Source: Saprospiraceae bacterium
Lineage (GTDB): Bacteria > Bacteroidota > Bacteroidia > Flavobacteriales_C > GCA-002722245
Length of the DNA stretch: 41,276 nucleotides
Assembly: GCA_047631875.1 (NCBI GenBank)
Contig: JBLIAZ010000001.1
Location: 1 to 41,276 of the forward strand
Direction: 5' to 3'
Numbering within the stretch: position 1 is the stretch's first letter; each line of letters starts with the position of its first letter. The notes beneath the pieces were generated by a model, which saw only the letters and a list, made by a program, of their open reading frames with translations, had not been told where the DNA came from and made no database searches. Of the stretch, positions 22,167 through 30,804 are shown piece after piece. The translations under genes and the position numbers were made by a program.

Positions 22167-23369
22167 ATGTTTTTCGAATCGTACAACTCTTTCATTACCA
22201 TCCTCCTACTGGTTGGCTTATACCAACTAGCCAAATTATTATGGAATAACGTTGTTCTTAAAAACCTGCTGCTTCTTTTAAGTTCATCTGTAGTATTGTT
22301 GACAATCATCAAAGAACACACATTTTATTGCTTATTAGGATTATCAGTTTTAATTTACTTTTTAGGGTTGTTTTTTTCGAAGAAGAAAGCGAGGACAGGT
22401 TTCGCAACTACTGTTGCAGTTTTAGTATGCGCATACGCTATTCGAAGTTTCCCCTTACTACAAAACATCATATCTAACTCTGTACTTGACTTCCTAAACA
22501 AACCAATACTCTCGGTTCAAAAAATAGGTTTATCCTATATTTTATTCAGGATGATACATTGGCTTGTTGATAGCTACAAGAAAAAAATTGTTGACTACCA
22601 GTTTTTGACCTTCATCAATTACATACTGTTTTTTCCAAGCTTCCTAGCTGGTCCCATTGACACCTATAATAATTTTCAATATTATGTTGCTAAAAAAAGT
22701 AGAAAATTAGATTCACGGTTATTTTTTTCGGGAATATTTAGAATATTTCTAGGTGCATTTAAAACCCTTTTCCTTGTACCAATGTTAATTGAGATAAGTA
22801 CTGACTACACTTTATTACTTGACGATTACCCTGTAATAGTTGCCCTTACAATAAGTACAATTTGTTATTCTATTTATATTTATCTTGATTTTTCCGGTTA
22901 TTCCGACTTAGCCATTGGATTAGCTTACTTATTTGGAATAAAAACACCTGAAAACTTTAACTCCCCTTACTTGGCAAGAAATATTTCGGAATTTTGGAAA
23001 CGATGGCACATCACCTTTTCCAATTTTTTACGGTTGTACGTTTTTGGATTTTTCAAGCAATTATCTATTCGAGTATTTGGTAAAAAAAAATACTTCTTAG
23101 CAACTGTAGCGCTGTACCTATTAACTTTTTTAGTTTGTGGAGTTTGGCACGGAAGCACCCTCAACTTTATTATGTGGGGTGCATGGCACGGCCTAGGAAT
23201 AAGTATTTACAAATTTTACGACCTGTATTTATACAAAAAACTTCCATATACAAAAACCTCGATATATAAAGTAGTGTCTGTATTGTGTACATTTCTATTT
23301 GTTAGTTATGGCTGGATCTTCTTCCATTACTCCTCAGAACAATTAATTGAAATTTTACAACTGTTGTGA
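22167..23369 (+). CDS. MBOAT-family membrane O-acyltransferase (DltB/AlgI-like, DltB-sized)
   Basis: 400 aa and polytopic. Motifs: GLSYILFRMIHWLVDSY, FFPSFLAGPI, WKRWHITFSNFLRLYVF and the conserved His block CGVWHG. Confidence 0.85.
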   Translation: MFFESYNSFITILLLVGLYQLAKLLWNNVVLKNLLLLLSSSVVLLTIIKEHTFYCLLGLSVLIYFLGLFFSKKKARTGFATTVAVLVCAYAIRSFPLLQNIISNSVLDFLNKPILSVQKIGLSYILFRMIHWLVDSYKKKIVDYQFLTFINYILFFPSFLAGPIDTYNNFQYYVAKKSRKLDSRLFFSGIFRIFLGAFKTLFLVPMLIEISTDYTLLLDDYPVIVALTISTICYSIYIYLDFSGYSDLAIGLAYLFGIKTPENFNSPYLARNISEFWKRWHITFSNFLRLYVFGFFKQLSIRVFGKKKYFLATVALYLLTFLVCGVWHGSTLNFIMWGAWHGLGISIYKFYDLYLYKKLPYTKTSIYKVVSVLCTFLFVSYGWIFFHYSSEQLIEILQLL

Positions 23370-24457
23370 TTAGGTTAAAAGACATATACCGTTTAAAAAA
23401 CATGTCCTGGTTTGGGAAAATGATACTCTTAGTAACAATTGGTTTGTTAGCAGCCTCAAGCATCATTCCCGATCATCAATACAATGCACCTACCAGGCAA
23501 ATTCATGTAATAAACGGACTACACTTTAAGTATGGTGACAAAGCCAAAATCAGTCATTATATACAAAGCATAGTTTCAAACAATGGGTATTTATGCATGG
23601 GAACTTCCGAATCGGGAGACTTAGGCGGGAAAAATTACTTCCACTTTCTAAACAACGCTTCAGTGCTTACTTCAGGGTTTTCATCACTTGCTGGAGCGGG
23701 ACGAACGTGTGGTATTCATGAACCTTGGCTACTTCAGAACAAGGACATCATCAAGGGCTTGAACATAATTTATTACATCAATCCAGTTTATTGGAACACC
23801 GAAATGAATGATGCTTCCCTAGAATATAGCAGTAGGTACTTAAACTATCAATTTGCTAGTTCATACAAAAACAAAAGTTTCAACAGTGAACAATACGTCA
23901 AGGAATATTCAACATTCAATAAATTTAAGCATATCGTAAGCTATACCATTAGAAATGCTAGACGTTCCTATTTTGAAGATTTAAAAGAAACCCTAAACCC
24001 AACAAATTGGGCACGAAAAACGGCAAAAGTTGATATTAATAAAACTCCGCTAAAAATTGATTCAACAAGTGCTATTACTAATTTGGACAGCACTTACAAC
24101 ACTAAAAAAAGTTTTGTAAATAAAGAATGGTTTCGACCTATAGACACGGTAAGTACTTATCGAGACAAAGAACTCACCAGCTTTATCCGCAACTGCAAAT
24201 CTCTTGGAGTTAACCTCACCTTGGTTATGGGTCCTTACAACGAAAAATTCATTTCCAACTATCAGCCATCAAGTTTACAGGCGTATAAACAAACAGTAAA
24301 AAAAATCAGTAACATCGCATTAAATGAAGGAGTACAAATTATTGACTGCACGGATTTATCAAATCAATTTGGTATGTTCGATGACCATCAACATCACTCC
24401 CAATTTGCAGCAAAAAAAATAGCTAACAAAATCAAACTACATGTTTTACAAAAATAA
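23366..24457 (+). CDS. DltD-like (SGNH-like fold) membrane-anchored extracytoplasmic acyl-transfer partner protein
   Basis: 363 aa. GTG 23366 overlaps the MBOAT TGA (GTGA); ATG 23402 is an alternative start. It has an N-terminal anchor helix and, in DltD order, the blocks GTSESGD, LAGAGRT, INPVYW and C-terminal DDHQHH (D-x-x-H). Confidence 0.65.
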   Translation: MIRLKDIYRLKNMSWFGKMILLVTIGLLAASSIIPDHQYNAPTRQIHVINGLHFKYGDKAKISHYIQSIVSNNGYLCMGTSESGDLGGKNYFHFLNNASVLTSGFSSLAGAGRTCGIHEPWLLQNKDIIKGLNIIYYINPVYWNTEMNDASLEYSSRYLNYQFASSYKNKSFNSEQYVKEYSTFNKFKHIVSYTIRNARRSYFEDLKETLNPTNWARKTAKVDINKTPLKIDSTSAITNLDSTYNTKKSFVNKEWFRPIDTVSTYRDKELTSFIRNCKSLGVNLTLVMGPYNEKFISNYQPSSLQAYKQTVKKISNIALNEGVQIIDCTDLSNQFGMFDDHQHHSQFAAKKIANKIKLHVLQK

Positions 24458-24560
24458 ACTCGTCGTTGGATTTCTGATTTTAGCCATTTGTACAATGGCT
24501 ATTTTTCTTTTGATGATTTCTGAGACAACAGAAATAAAATATATTTACGCTGATTTTTAG
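24441..24560 (+). CDS. Unannotated 39-aa single-pass microprotein, DltX-like (C-terminal YIYADF)
   Basis: ATG 24441 to TAG 24558..24560 gives MFYKNKLVVGFLILAICTMAIFLLMISETTEIKYIYADF. It overlaps the upstream CDS by 17 nt. It has a Lys-rich N-terminus, one TM helix, and a C-terminal aromatic-x-Tyr-x-acidic-Phe hexapeptide as in DltX. Confidence 0.5.
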   Translation: MFYKNKLVVGFLILAICTMAIFLLMISETTEIKYIYADF

Positions 24561-24718
24561 ACTTTACAGTCAAAAGAAATAAACCCACTTATCACGACAC
24601 TAAAGATTTAGTCCAATAACAACCTCCCAGGTGTTAATCCTCAATAAACTGTTGAAGGTATTGACTATCATCAGTTAGCCAAAATCAAAACACTCATTTC
24701 GGGTTCAAAAAATAGAAA

Positions 24719-25297
24719 TTACGCTACAAGCTTAAAATTACCCAACAAGTCACTCCAATTCCAAATGAAATTATCAGTGATATCAGAAATAGCTTTAATG
24801 ATAGTTGGATTTGGTTGATTCATTTTTTGAAAATGATCCACTTGGCATTCGTTCAATCCGTACTTCTGAAAAATTGCTAAGGCCATGATTTTACCCAAAC
24901 CGTCGTTTTGTGAACGATCCAATCCTGCTAAGTAATCTTCGTACATGTTAATTTGACTCAACACCTCATCCTCAGAACGGTCTTCCATGCTTTCAATGAA
25001 TTCGTCGATGATTAAAATCCTCATCCTGTTGTGCTGATCCGTATCGAAATGATCCTTCAAATGATATAAATTGGCGCTAAAAACAATGTATAAAAACCAT
25101 TCTAATTGGTTTTCTTCAATTTCCGGAGAGCATTGTAGCTCGGGCACGTCGTTTAAATAATCCTTTAATATTGGGAAACTTTCCATTGCCAAACCATTGA
25201 TGGTGCTCACAAACACCTGGGCAACGTACTCTTCTTTTAGCCTCTTTTTTCCAAACAATGAAAATACACTCATGGTAACAAGTTTGCGTTTTATCAA
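24719..25297 (-). CDS. Hypothetical cytoplasmic protein (alternative start M9 at 25273)
   Basis: 192-aa acidic ORF with no recognisable motifs. Same strand as the M23 peptidase gene upstream of it. Confidence 0.55.
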   Translation of the reverse strand: MIKRKLVTMSVFSLFGKKRLKEEYVAQVFVSTINGLAMESFPILKDYLNDVPELQCSPEIEENQLEWFLYIVFSANLYHLKDHFDTDQHNRMRILIIDEFIESMEDRSEDEVLSQINMYEDYLAGLDRSQNDGLGKIMALAIFQKYGLNECQVDHFQKMNQPNPTIIKAISDITDNFIWNWSDLLGNFKLVA

Positions 25298-25383
25298 AGA
25301 TATCAGCGAAACGGTAACAATGAAGATGTTAAGAAAATACTTATTAACCGAAGGACGTGGATTACAGCTTGTCTTTCGGTAAA

Positions 25384-26370
25384 TTAATTAGATACTTTAA
25401 GTTCTTCCCCGACCACTAAAAAGTGATTTCTTTGAATGCCATTCAGCTCACAAATATCCTTGACCCTTACGCCATATTCGTTGGCAATTTTGTACATGTA
25501 ATCACCACGTCTCACTTTATGATAGGCTCCTCCTGGCTGGTAACCAATGAACCCAAACCGTGTTTTTTTAAGCATCAAAGTATCCCCTTTTAGCTTGTGA
25601 TTTTGAAAATCAATGAATGCTTCAGGATTAATCGCCTTTCCCTTGAAACGAGTCTCTAAGTGTAAATGACTTCCTCGTGAGGCTCCACTTTGCCCACCTT
25701 TTCCAATGGCAGTACCGGGATCAACCATTTCTCCCTCCTTTACCATGAACCTACTCAAGTGAGCGTAAATAGTTTCCAAGCCATTGAAATGCCTGATGAT
25801 TACTACCCTGCCATATCCTCCTTGCCATCTTGCCAACCTTACTTTTCCTCTAAAAGCTGCACGCACAGTATCACCCACTAGTAATCCAATGTCAATCCCG
25901 TTGTGCATTTTTCCATTTCTCCAACCAAATTTTGAAGTAACTCGTCCTACAAAAGGAGATGAATACCCACAGTTACTTACTTTGTCAGTTAAGTATAAGA
26001 ACAAGCAACTGTCCTCCTTGCTCAGTTTGTCTTTATATGGATGTGAAAGTTTAGTATTCCAGGAATGATAAAATTCATCAGCTGGATAAGGGCTTTCTGG
26101 TTCGAGTGTATGCCTTAAGTAAAAGCTATTTACCCTGTCATTTACTAACCTTAAATATACAGGATTACTTGGGTGGTCTAGTAAACTGTCTATCATTAGC
26201 ACCAAACCGTCTTCGTCTAATGCTTCAATTTTTATTTTGAAATCCAAGTAATTTACTGTGTCAAAATCTTGACTTTCAAAACTGGTGCTTTCCAAGAATT
26301 TACCACTGAACAATGTACCCACAAAGGTTAATAGCAAACCGGCAAATAGCATGTTTTTATGTGACATCAA
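25384..26370 (-). CDS. M23-family metallopeptidase with C-terminal LysM domain
   Basis: 328 aa with a signal/anchor helix and the M23 motifs HNGIDI and SHLHLE. A LysM-like tail is present (YHKVRRGDYMYKIANEYGVRVKDICELNGI). Confidence 0.85.
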   Translation of the reverse strand: MMSHKNMLFAGLLLTFVGTLFSGKFLESTSFESQDFDTVNYLDFKIKIEALDEDGLVLMIDSLLDHPSNPVYLRLVNDRVNSFYLRHTLEPESPYPADEFYHSWNTKLSHPYKDKLSKEDSCLFLYLTDKVSNCGYSSPFVGRVTSKFGWRNGKMHNGIDIGLLVGDTVRAAFRGKVRLARWQGGYGRVVIIRHFNGLETIYAHLSRFMVKEGEMVDPGTAIGKGGQSGASRGSHLHLETRFKGKAINPEAFIDFQNHKLKGDTLMLKKTRFGFIGYQPGGAYHKVRRGDYMYKIANEYGVRVKDICELNGIQRNHFLVVGEELKVSN

Positions 26371-26482
26371 ATCGTAGTTTCTCTTTTATTGTAGCTGGCA
26401 ACTTAACTAAAAGTCAGCATGTTACAATGGGTTTGGTAAAAAGGGTCTACGAAGATAACTCATTAATGCTTACAAGTCAAAT

Positions 26483-27418
26483 TCAAAACTTCAGGAGCAA
26501 AACAACAAGCATCAAAATAAGGATGGCCAGCTCCTTTGCAATCTTTTTAGAAAATGCTCTGATCGCCAGTTGGTACAACACTAACAAGGGCAAATTGATG
26601 CAAAGCAGAATTTGAGGGACAGTCATCGAGTTTTCAATAAGTAAAAACCCACTCAACAAAAACAAACTAAGCCACAGCCAAACCTTATAATACACCCTGA
26701 TTTTTATGTTAAGCTGCCCTGAAACCTTGACGAAATGATTCGCTGATAACACAAAAACCAAGAGCAACAACCCTGAAGACACCTGGGCCAATATTCCTTT
26801 TACCAGTAAGCCTTTTGGGACGAAATTAAACTTAATGAGCTCCATAAAAGAGTCTGCCTGATCAGTAAAAATAAAATAACACCACTTTGCAAACAACATG
26901 AAAAAGAAACCAAGCAAGACCGCAATACAACCCCGCCAAGTGTTGACTTTGACATTCACAAGTGCCACATAGGTGAAAGGCAATGCCACAATAAATAAAG
27001 GGTTTATCATGGTTAACAATCCTGATATTACACCCATTTCAAATTCTGAAATGATGTTTTCTGTTTGGTTAAAACCTTGCTGAATTTTATTTATCAACAT
27101 CAACAAAAGAAAAAATGCCAATACAAACTGAAAAGAAACTGAGCTGTACTCAAGCCCACTCATGGCCATCACCGAGAGAAACAAGGCCGAAAAATCGTTG
27201 TTCCCCACCAGTTTGGTGGAACGTAAAACTTGATTGAAATAAAAAGACACCAATCCCATCAACAAATAAAAGGCAATCAGCTCCAGGCTAACAGACATAA
27301 AAATTCCCGAAGAAAGCAAATTAGTATGCAGGGCCCAAAACATGGAACACAGTAACCACACCCCACTTAATGCAATGGTAAAAATAGCTTCTCGCTTAAA
27401 TATGAGGTTGAATAGCAA
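26483..27418 (-). CDS. Polytopic integral membrane protein of unknown function
   Basis: 311 aa, about 8-9 hydrophobic helices, no catalytic motifs recognised. Confidence 0.65.
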   Translation of the reverse strand: MLFNLIFKREAIFTIALSGVWLLCSMFWALHTNLLSSGIFMSVSLELIAFYLLMGLVSFYFNQVLRSTKLVGNNDFSALFLSVMAMSGLEYSSVSFQFVLAFFLLLMLINKIQQGFNQTENIISEFEMGVISGLLTMINPLFIVALPFTYVALVNVKVNTWRGCIAVLLGFFFMLFAKWCYFIFTDQADSFMELIKFNFVPKGLLVKGILAQVSSGLLLLVFVLSANHFVKVSGQLNIKIRVYYKVWLWLSLFLLSGFLLIENSMTVPQILLCINLPLLVLYQLAIRAFSKKIAKELAILILMLVVLLLKF

Positions 27419-27445
27419 AGGTTAACTGTTAATGGTTAGCACAAA

Positions 27446-28225
27446 TTATTTTTTGATGATGCAATACATTGCCGTCGTATAAAAATCGCATAAATGAGGA
27501 ATTTGAAAAATACTTGGCAACACACGCCTCTTAAGGCCAAATTTGGTTTCGTAGTTAGGGTTTATCAAAAAATAAGTTTGTTTTAATACTTTATAATTTT
27601 CCTTTTTGATGAGCCTTTTAAACCTGCTGATGCTGATCCCCGTGTCCTTAATTTCCACCAAACTTTCTATGATTTTCTCATCCTCTCCAAACAACCTAAG
27701 TACTGCTTTGTAAATTCCGTAAGGCAATATGTGGTAATAAGGCAACAACGACAGCAGCTTGCTTTTACATACTTGTTGGTGCCCTCCAAATGGCATTCTC
27801 CATGGAGGAAAACCAAAAAAAATGACACCTTCGTCTTTCAAAAATACTTTGATAATTTTAAAAAACTCCTCTTGATTCGGGATATGTTCGATGACGTCTC
27901 GTAAAAAAATTAAATCAAATTTTCCAACCTCCTCCACAGACATTCTATAAATGTCTCTCGCTATCACTTGCCATTTTTCGTACTTACCTTCCTGCAAATA
28001 CTCCTTTGCTTTTTCAATTTGACTGGTACTGATGTCCACACCAACCACCTCACAACCCATGTCCAAAAAAGGACTCAAATTACCTCCTTCACCGCAACCA
28101 ACTTCCAAAACACGTGAATTTTTGTCAATATTTTTAACCGAATTAACGTAAGGGACGACGTATTTTAAGGTGGTTACACCTTGTTCTTTAAAATACAACG
28201 CCCTGTCTTTGTGTCTTTCTTGCAT
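27446..28225 (-). CDS. Class I SAM-dependent methyltransferase
   Basis: Motif I is VLEVGCGEGGN, followed by the acidic loop VVGVDIS and FDLIFLRDVIEH. The ORF-track start 28297 would overlap yebC; ATG 28225 (MQERHK...) is preferred. Confidence 0.8.
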   Translation of the reverse strand: MQERHKDRALYFKEQGVTTLKYVVPYVNSVKNIDKNSRVLEVGCGEGGNLSPFLDMGCEVVGVDISTSQIEKAKEYLQEGKYEKWQVIARDIYRMSVEEVGKFDLIFLRDVIEHIPNQEEFFKIIKVFLKDEGVIFFGFPPWRMPFGGHQQVCKSKLLSLLPYYHILPYGIYKAVLRLFGEDEKIIESLVEIKDTGISISRFKRLIKKENYKVLKQTYFLINPNYETKFGLKRRVLPSIFQIPHLCDFYTTAMYCIIKK

Positions 28226-28284
28226 TTGTGCTATTAGTAAAGAAGTAAATTTATTACTTTTAAGACTCGAAAATAAGAATAATA

Positions 28285-28992
28285 ATGGGAAGAGCATTTG
28301 AATTTAGGAAAGCAAGAAAAATGAAAAGATGGTCAGCTATGGCCAAAACTTTTACACGCATAGGGAAAGAGATTGTGATGGCTGTGAAAGCTGGAGGTCC
28401 TGACCCCGACGCCAATGCTAGATTACGAGCTGTAATGCAAAATGCCAAGGCTGCTAACATGCCAAAAGATAACGTTTTACGCGCCATCAAAAACGCATCT
28501 GACAAAGACACTTCTGATTACAAAGAAATTCTTTATGAAGGGTACGGACCTCATGGAATTGCAGTATTAGTAGAGGCGGCAACCAACAACAACATCAGGA
28601 CGGTGGCTAATCTCAGAAGCGATTTTAAAAAATGCGGAGGGGAATTAGGTCAATCCAATTCGGTTATTTTTCTATTTGACCACACTTGCAATTTTAAAAT
28701 TGACAAAGCAGACCACGATCCCGAAGAACTTGAATTGGAATTCATTGATTATGGAGCAGACGAAATTTTTATGGAAGACGAATTCATCATGATGTACAGC
28801 TCCTTTGAAAACTTTGGCTCCATTCAAGGAGCACTAGAGGAAAAAGAAATTGAAATCGTCACCTCCGGATTTGAACGTCTGCCAACAACAACCAAAACAC
28901 TAAGCGAAGAGCAAGAAGAAGACATGAATAAATTATTGGAAAGACTCGAAGAAGATGACGACGTGTTGAACGTATACCACACGATGATATAA
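28285..28992 (+). CDS. yebC: YebC/PmpR-family DNA-binding regulator
   Basis: 235 aa. The N-terminus MGRAFEFRKARKMKRWSAMAKTFTRIGKEI and the block YEGYGPHGIAVLVE are typical of the family. Confidence 0.9.
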   Translation: MGRAFEFRKARKMKRWSAMAKTFTRIGKEIVMAVKAGGPDPDANARLRAVMQNAKAANMPKDNVLRAIKNASDKDTSDYKEILYEGYGPHGIAVLVEAATNNNIRTVANLRSDFKKCGGELGQSNSVIFLFDHTCNFKIDKADHDPEELELEFIDYGADEIFMEDEFIMMYSSFENFGSIQGALEEKEIEIVTSGFERLPTTTKTLSEEQEEDMNKLLERLEEDDDVLNVYHTMI

Positions 28993-29095
28993 TTGTTGAA
29001 TTATTCCTTCCAGCAACACTCACCCTTAACCGAATATCCTTAGTTTTTGCTTATTATTGCAACACATTTTTGAGGAAAAAGACAGACAGAACAGC

Positions 29096-30082
29096 ATGAA
29101 AAAATACATTCAAGACTTTACCAAACAATTAAACGAGGCGGTAGAAATTGGCAACAATACTCAATTAAAAGCTGCGATTAACCCAATCCACAACATTATA
29201 ATTTGCGGAATTGGTGGTTCAGGAATTGGCGGAAGGATCATTTCTAACCTAACACGTTTGGAAACAAAAATTCCCGTAGCAACTTGTAATGAATATGACA
29301 TCCCTTCCTATGTAAATGAAAATACTTTGGTCATTGCTTCATCGTACTCGGGAAACACAGAGGAAGTACTATCCATGATAAAACAAGCTGTAAACGCAAA
29401 TGCTCAAATAGCTTGTATTACTTCGGGAGGTGAGCTTTTAGACCTAGCTGTTGACAAAGGATATAACTACATTAAAATACCAGGAGGGAGTCCTCCAAGA
29501 GCGTGTTTAGGATACTCTTTTACACAACTGTTAACTTACTTTTGTCATTATAAAATCATTGACAACAAGGCATTGAAGGAACTTCAAAGTGGCATTGATT
29601 TGTTAATCGAAGACGCTACTGAAATTGAAACTACAGCTGGTGAATTAGCGAAGGGTTTAAGCGGTAAAATTCCTGTAATTTATTCTTCGGGAGTATACGA
29701 ACCGATTGCTTCAAGGTTCTGTCAGCAATTAAACGAAAACAGTAAAATGCTTTGCTGGTACAATAAATTTCCTGCATTAAACCACAACGAAATTGTTGGT
29801 TGGACGGAAAAAAATGACAAATTAGCGGTAGTATTTTTTAACTGCCAAGAAGACTATTACCGAACTAAGGCACGTTACGAATTCACAAAAAAAGTAGTTT
29901 CTGAATACGCTGGAACGGTTTCCGAAATTTTTATTAAAGGTAGCAACGCTATTGAACGCAGCTTATACTTAGTCCACTTAACCGATTGGATATCAGTTAA
30001 AATTGCCGAAATAGACAACACGGATCCTATTGAAATTCGTGTAATTGATGCTTTAAAAGACGAGTTAGCCACACTTAATTAA
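29096..30082 (+). CDS. SIS-domain bifunctional phosphoglucose/phosphomannose isomerase-like protein
   Basis: GIGGSGIGG and SYSGNTEE SIS motifs, about 330 aa from ATG 29096. The ORF-track TTG 29057 is less likely. Confidence 0.7.
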   Translation: MKKYIQDFTKQLNEAVEIGNNTQLKAAINPIHNIIICGIGGSGIGGRIISNLTRLETKIPVATCNEYDIPSYVNENTLVIASSYSGNTEEVLSMIKQAVNANAQIACITSGGELLDLAVDKGYNYIKIPGGSPPRACLGYSFTQLLTYFCHYKIIDNKALKELQSGIDLLIEDATEIETTAGELAKGLSGKIPVIYSSGVYEPIASRFCQQLNENSKMLCWYNKFPALNHNEIVGWTEKNDKLAVVFFNCQEDYYRTKARYEFTKKVVSEYAGTVSEIFIKGSNAIERSLYLVHLTDWISVKIAEIDNTDPIEIRVIDALKDELATLN

Positions 30083-30099
30083 TCCTACCTTACCTTATT

Positions 30100-30804
30100 A
30101 TGTCAAAGCAAGTTTATTACAAAGACTTGGGACTCATTGATTACCAAGAATGTTGGGATCATCAGGAAAATATTTTCAAAAAAACAGTCGCCACAAAATT
30201 GGCAAACCGAAAGGAGGACAAAGACGATCCTACTTTCAATCATTTAATTTTTTGCGAGCACCCCCATGTATACACGTTAGGGAAAAGTGGTGATCAAAAT
30301 CATTTGTTGATTGACGAAAAAACATTAGCCGATCGCGGAGCAAAATTTTATAAAATAAACAGAGGAGGGGACATTACTTACCACGGTCCTGGGCAGCTGG
30401 TTGTTTACCCAATTCTAGACTTGGATTACTTTTTTACCGACATTCATAAATATTTACGATTTTTAGAAGAGGCTGTCATATTAACCTTAGCGGAATTCAA
30501 CATCAAAGCAGGGAGAGTCGAGGGTTTAACCGGTGTTTGGGTAAACCACGACAACAATTTACCTGCAAAAAAAATATGCGCCATGGGCGTAAAATGCTCT
30601 CGTTGGGTGACCATGCATGGACTTGCCTTGAACATTTTTCCAAATTTATCGTACTTTAATAACATAGTCCCTTGTGGAATTTCTGGAAAAGCCGTCACTT
30701 CTATGAAGCAAGAGTTGCAAACAGAAATAAACATGACGGAAGCGAAAGAAGTTTTACTTCAAAAATTAACGGACTTGTTTGAATTTGAAATTGTACGAAC
30801 ATGA
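30100..30804 (+). CDS. lipB: Lipoyl(octanoyl) transferase LipB
   Basis: 234 aa with RGGDITYHGPGQLVVYPIL and the KICAMGVK catalytic Lys/Cys region. Confidence 0.9.
   Translation: MSKQVYYKDLGLIDYQECWDHQENIFKKTVATKLANRKEDKDDPTFNHLIFCEHPHVYTLGKSGDQNHLLIDEKTLADRGAKFYKINRGGDITYHGPGQLVVYPILDLDYFFTDIHKYLRFLEEAVILTLAEFNIKAGRVEGLTGVWVNHDNNLPAKKICAMGVKCSRWVTMHGLALNIFPNLSYFNNIVPCGISGKAVTSMKQELQTEINMTEAKEVLLQKLTDLFEFEIVRT

Noticed and set aside
21547-23369. AlgH-like gene next to an AlgI-like MBOAT, suggesting an alginate O-acetylation locus
   Set aside because: No AlgJ/AlgF/AlgX or alginate polymerase genes are present. The partner protein has DltD-type motifs. YqgE/AlgH is a widespread housekeeping family separated from the MBOAT by its own candidate promoter, so the adjacency is probably coincidental.
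24481-24511. Hairpin tagccatt-tgtac-aatggcta followed by tttttctttt, 24 nt after the DltD-like stop. It looks like an intrinsic terminator.
   Set aside because: Not adopted as the primary reading. The stem has only 3 G:C pairs and lies inside a stop-free 39-codon frame, where it encodes the TM helix of a microprotein with a DltX-like C-terminus. It remains the main competing explanation for that ORF, and the two roles are not mutually exclusive.
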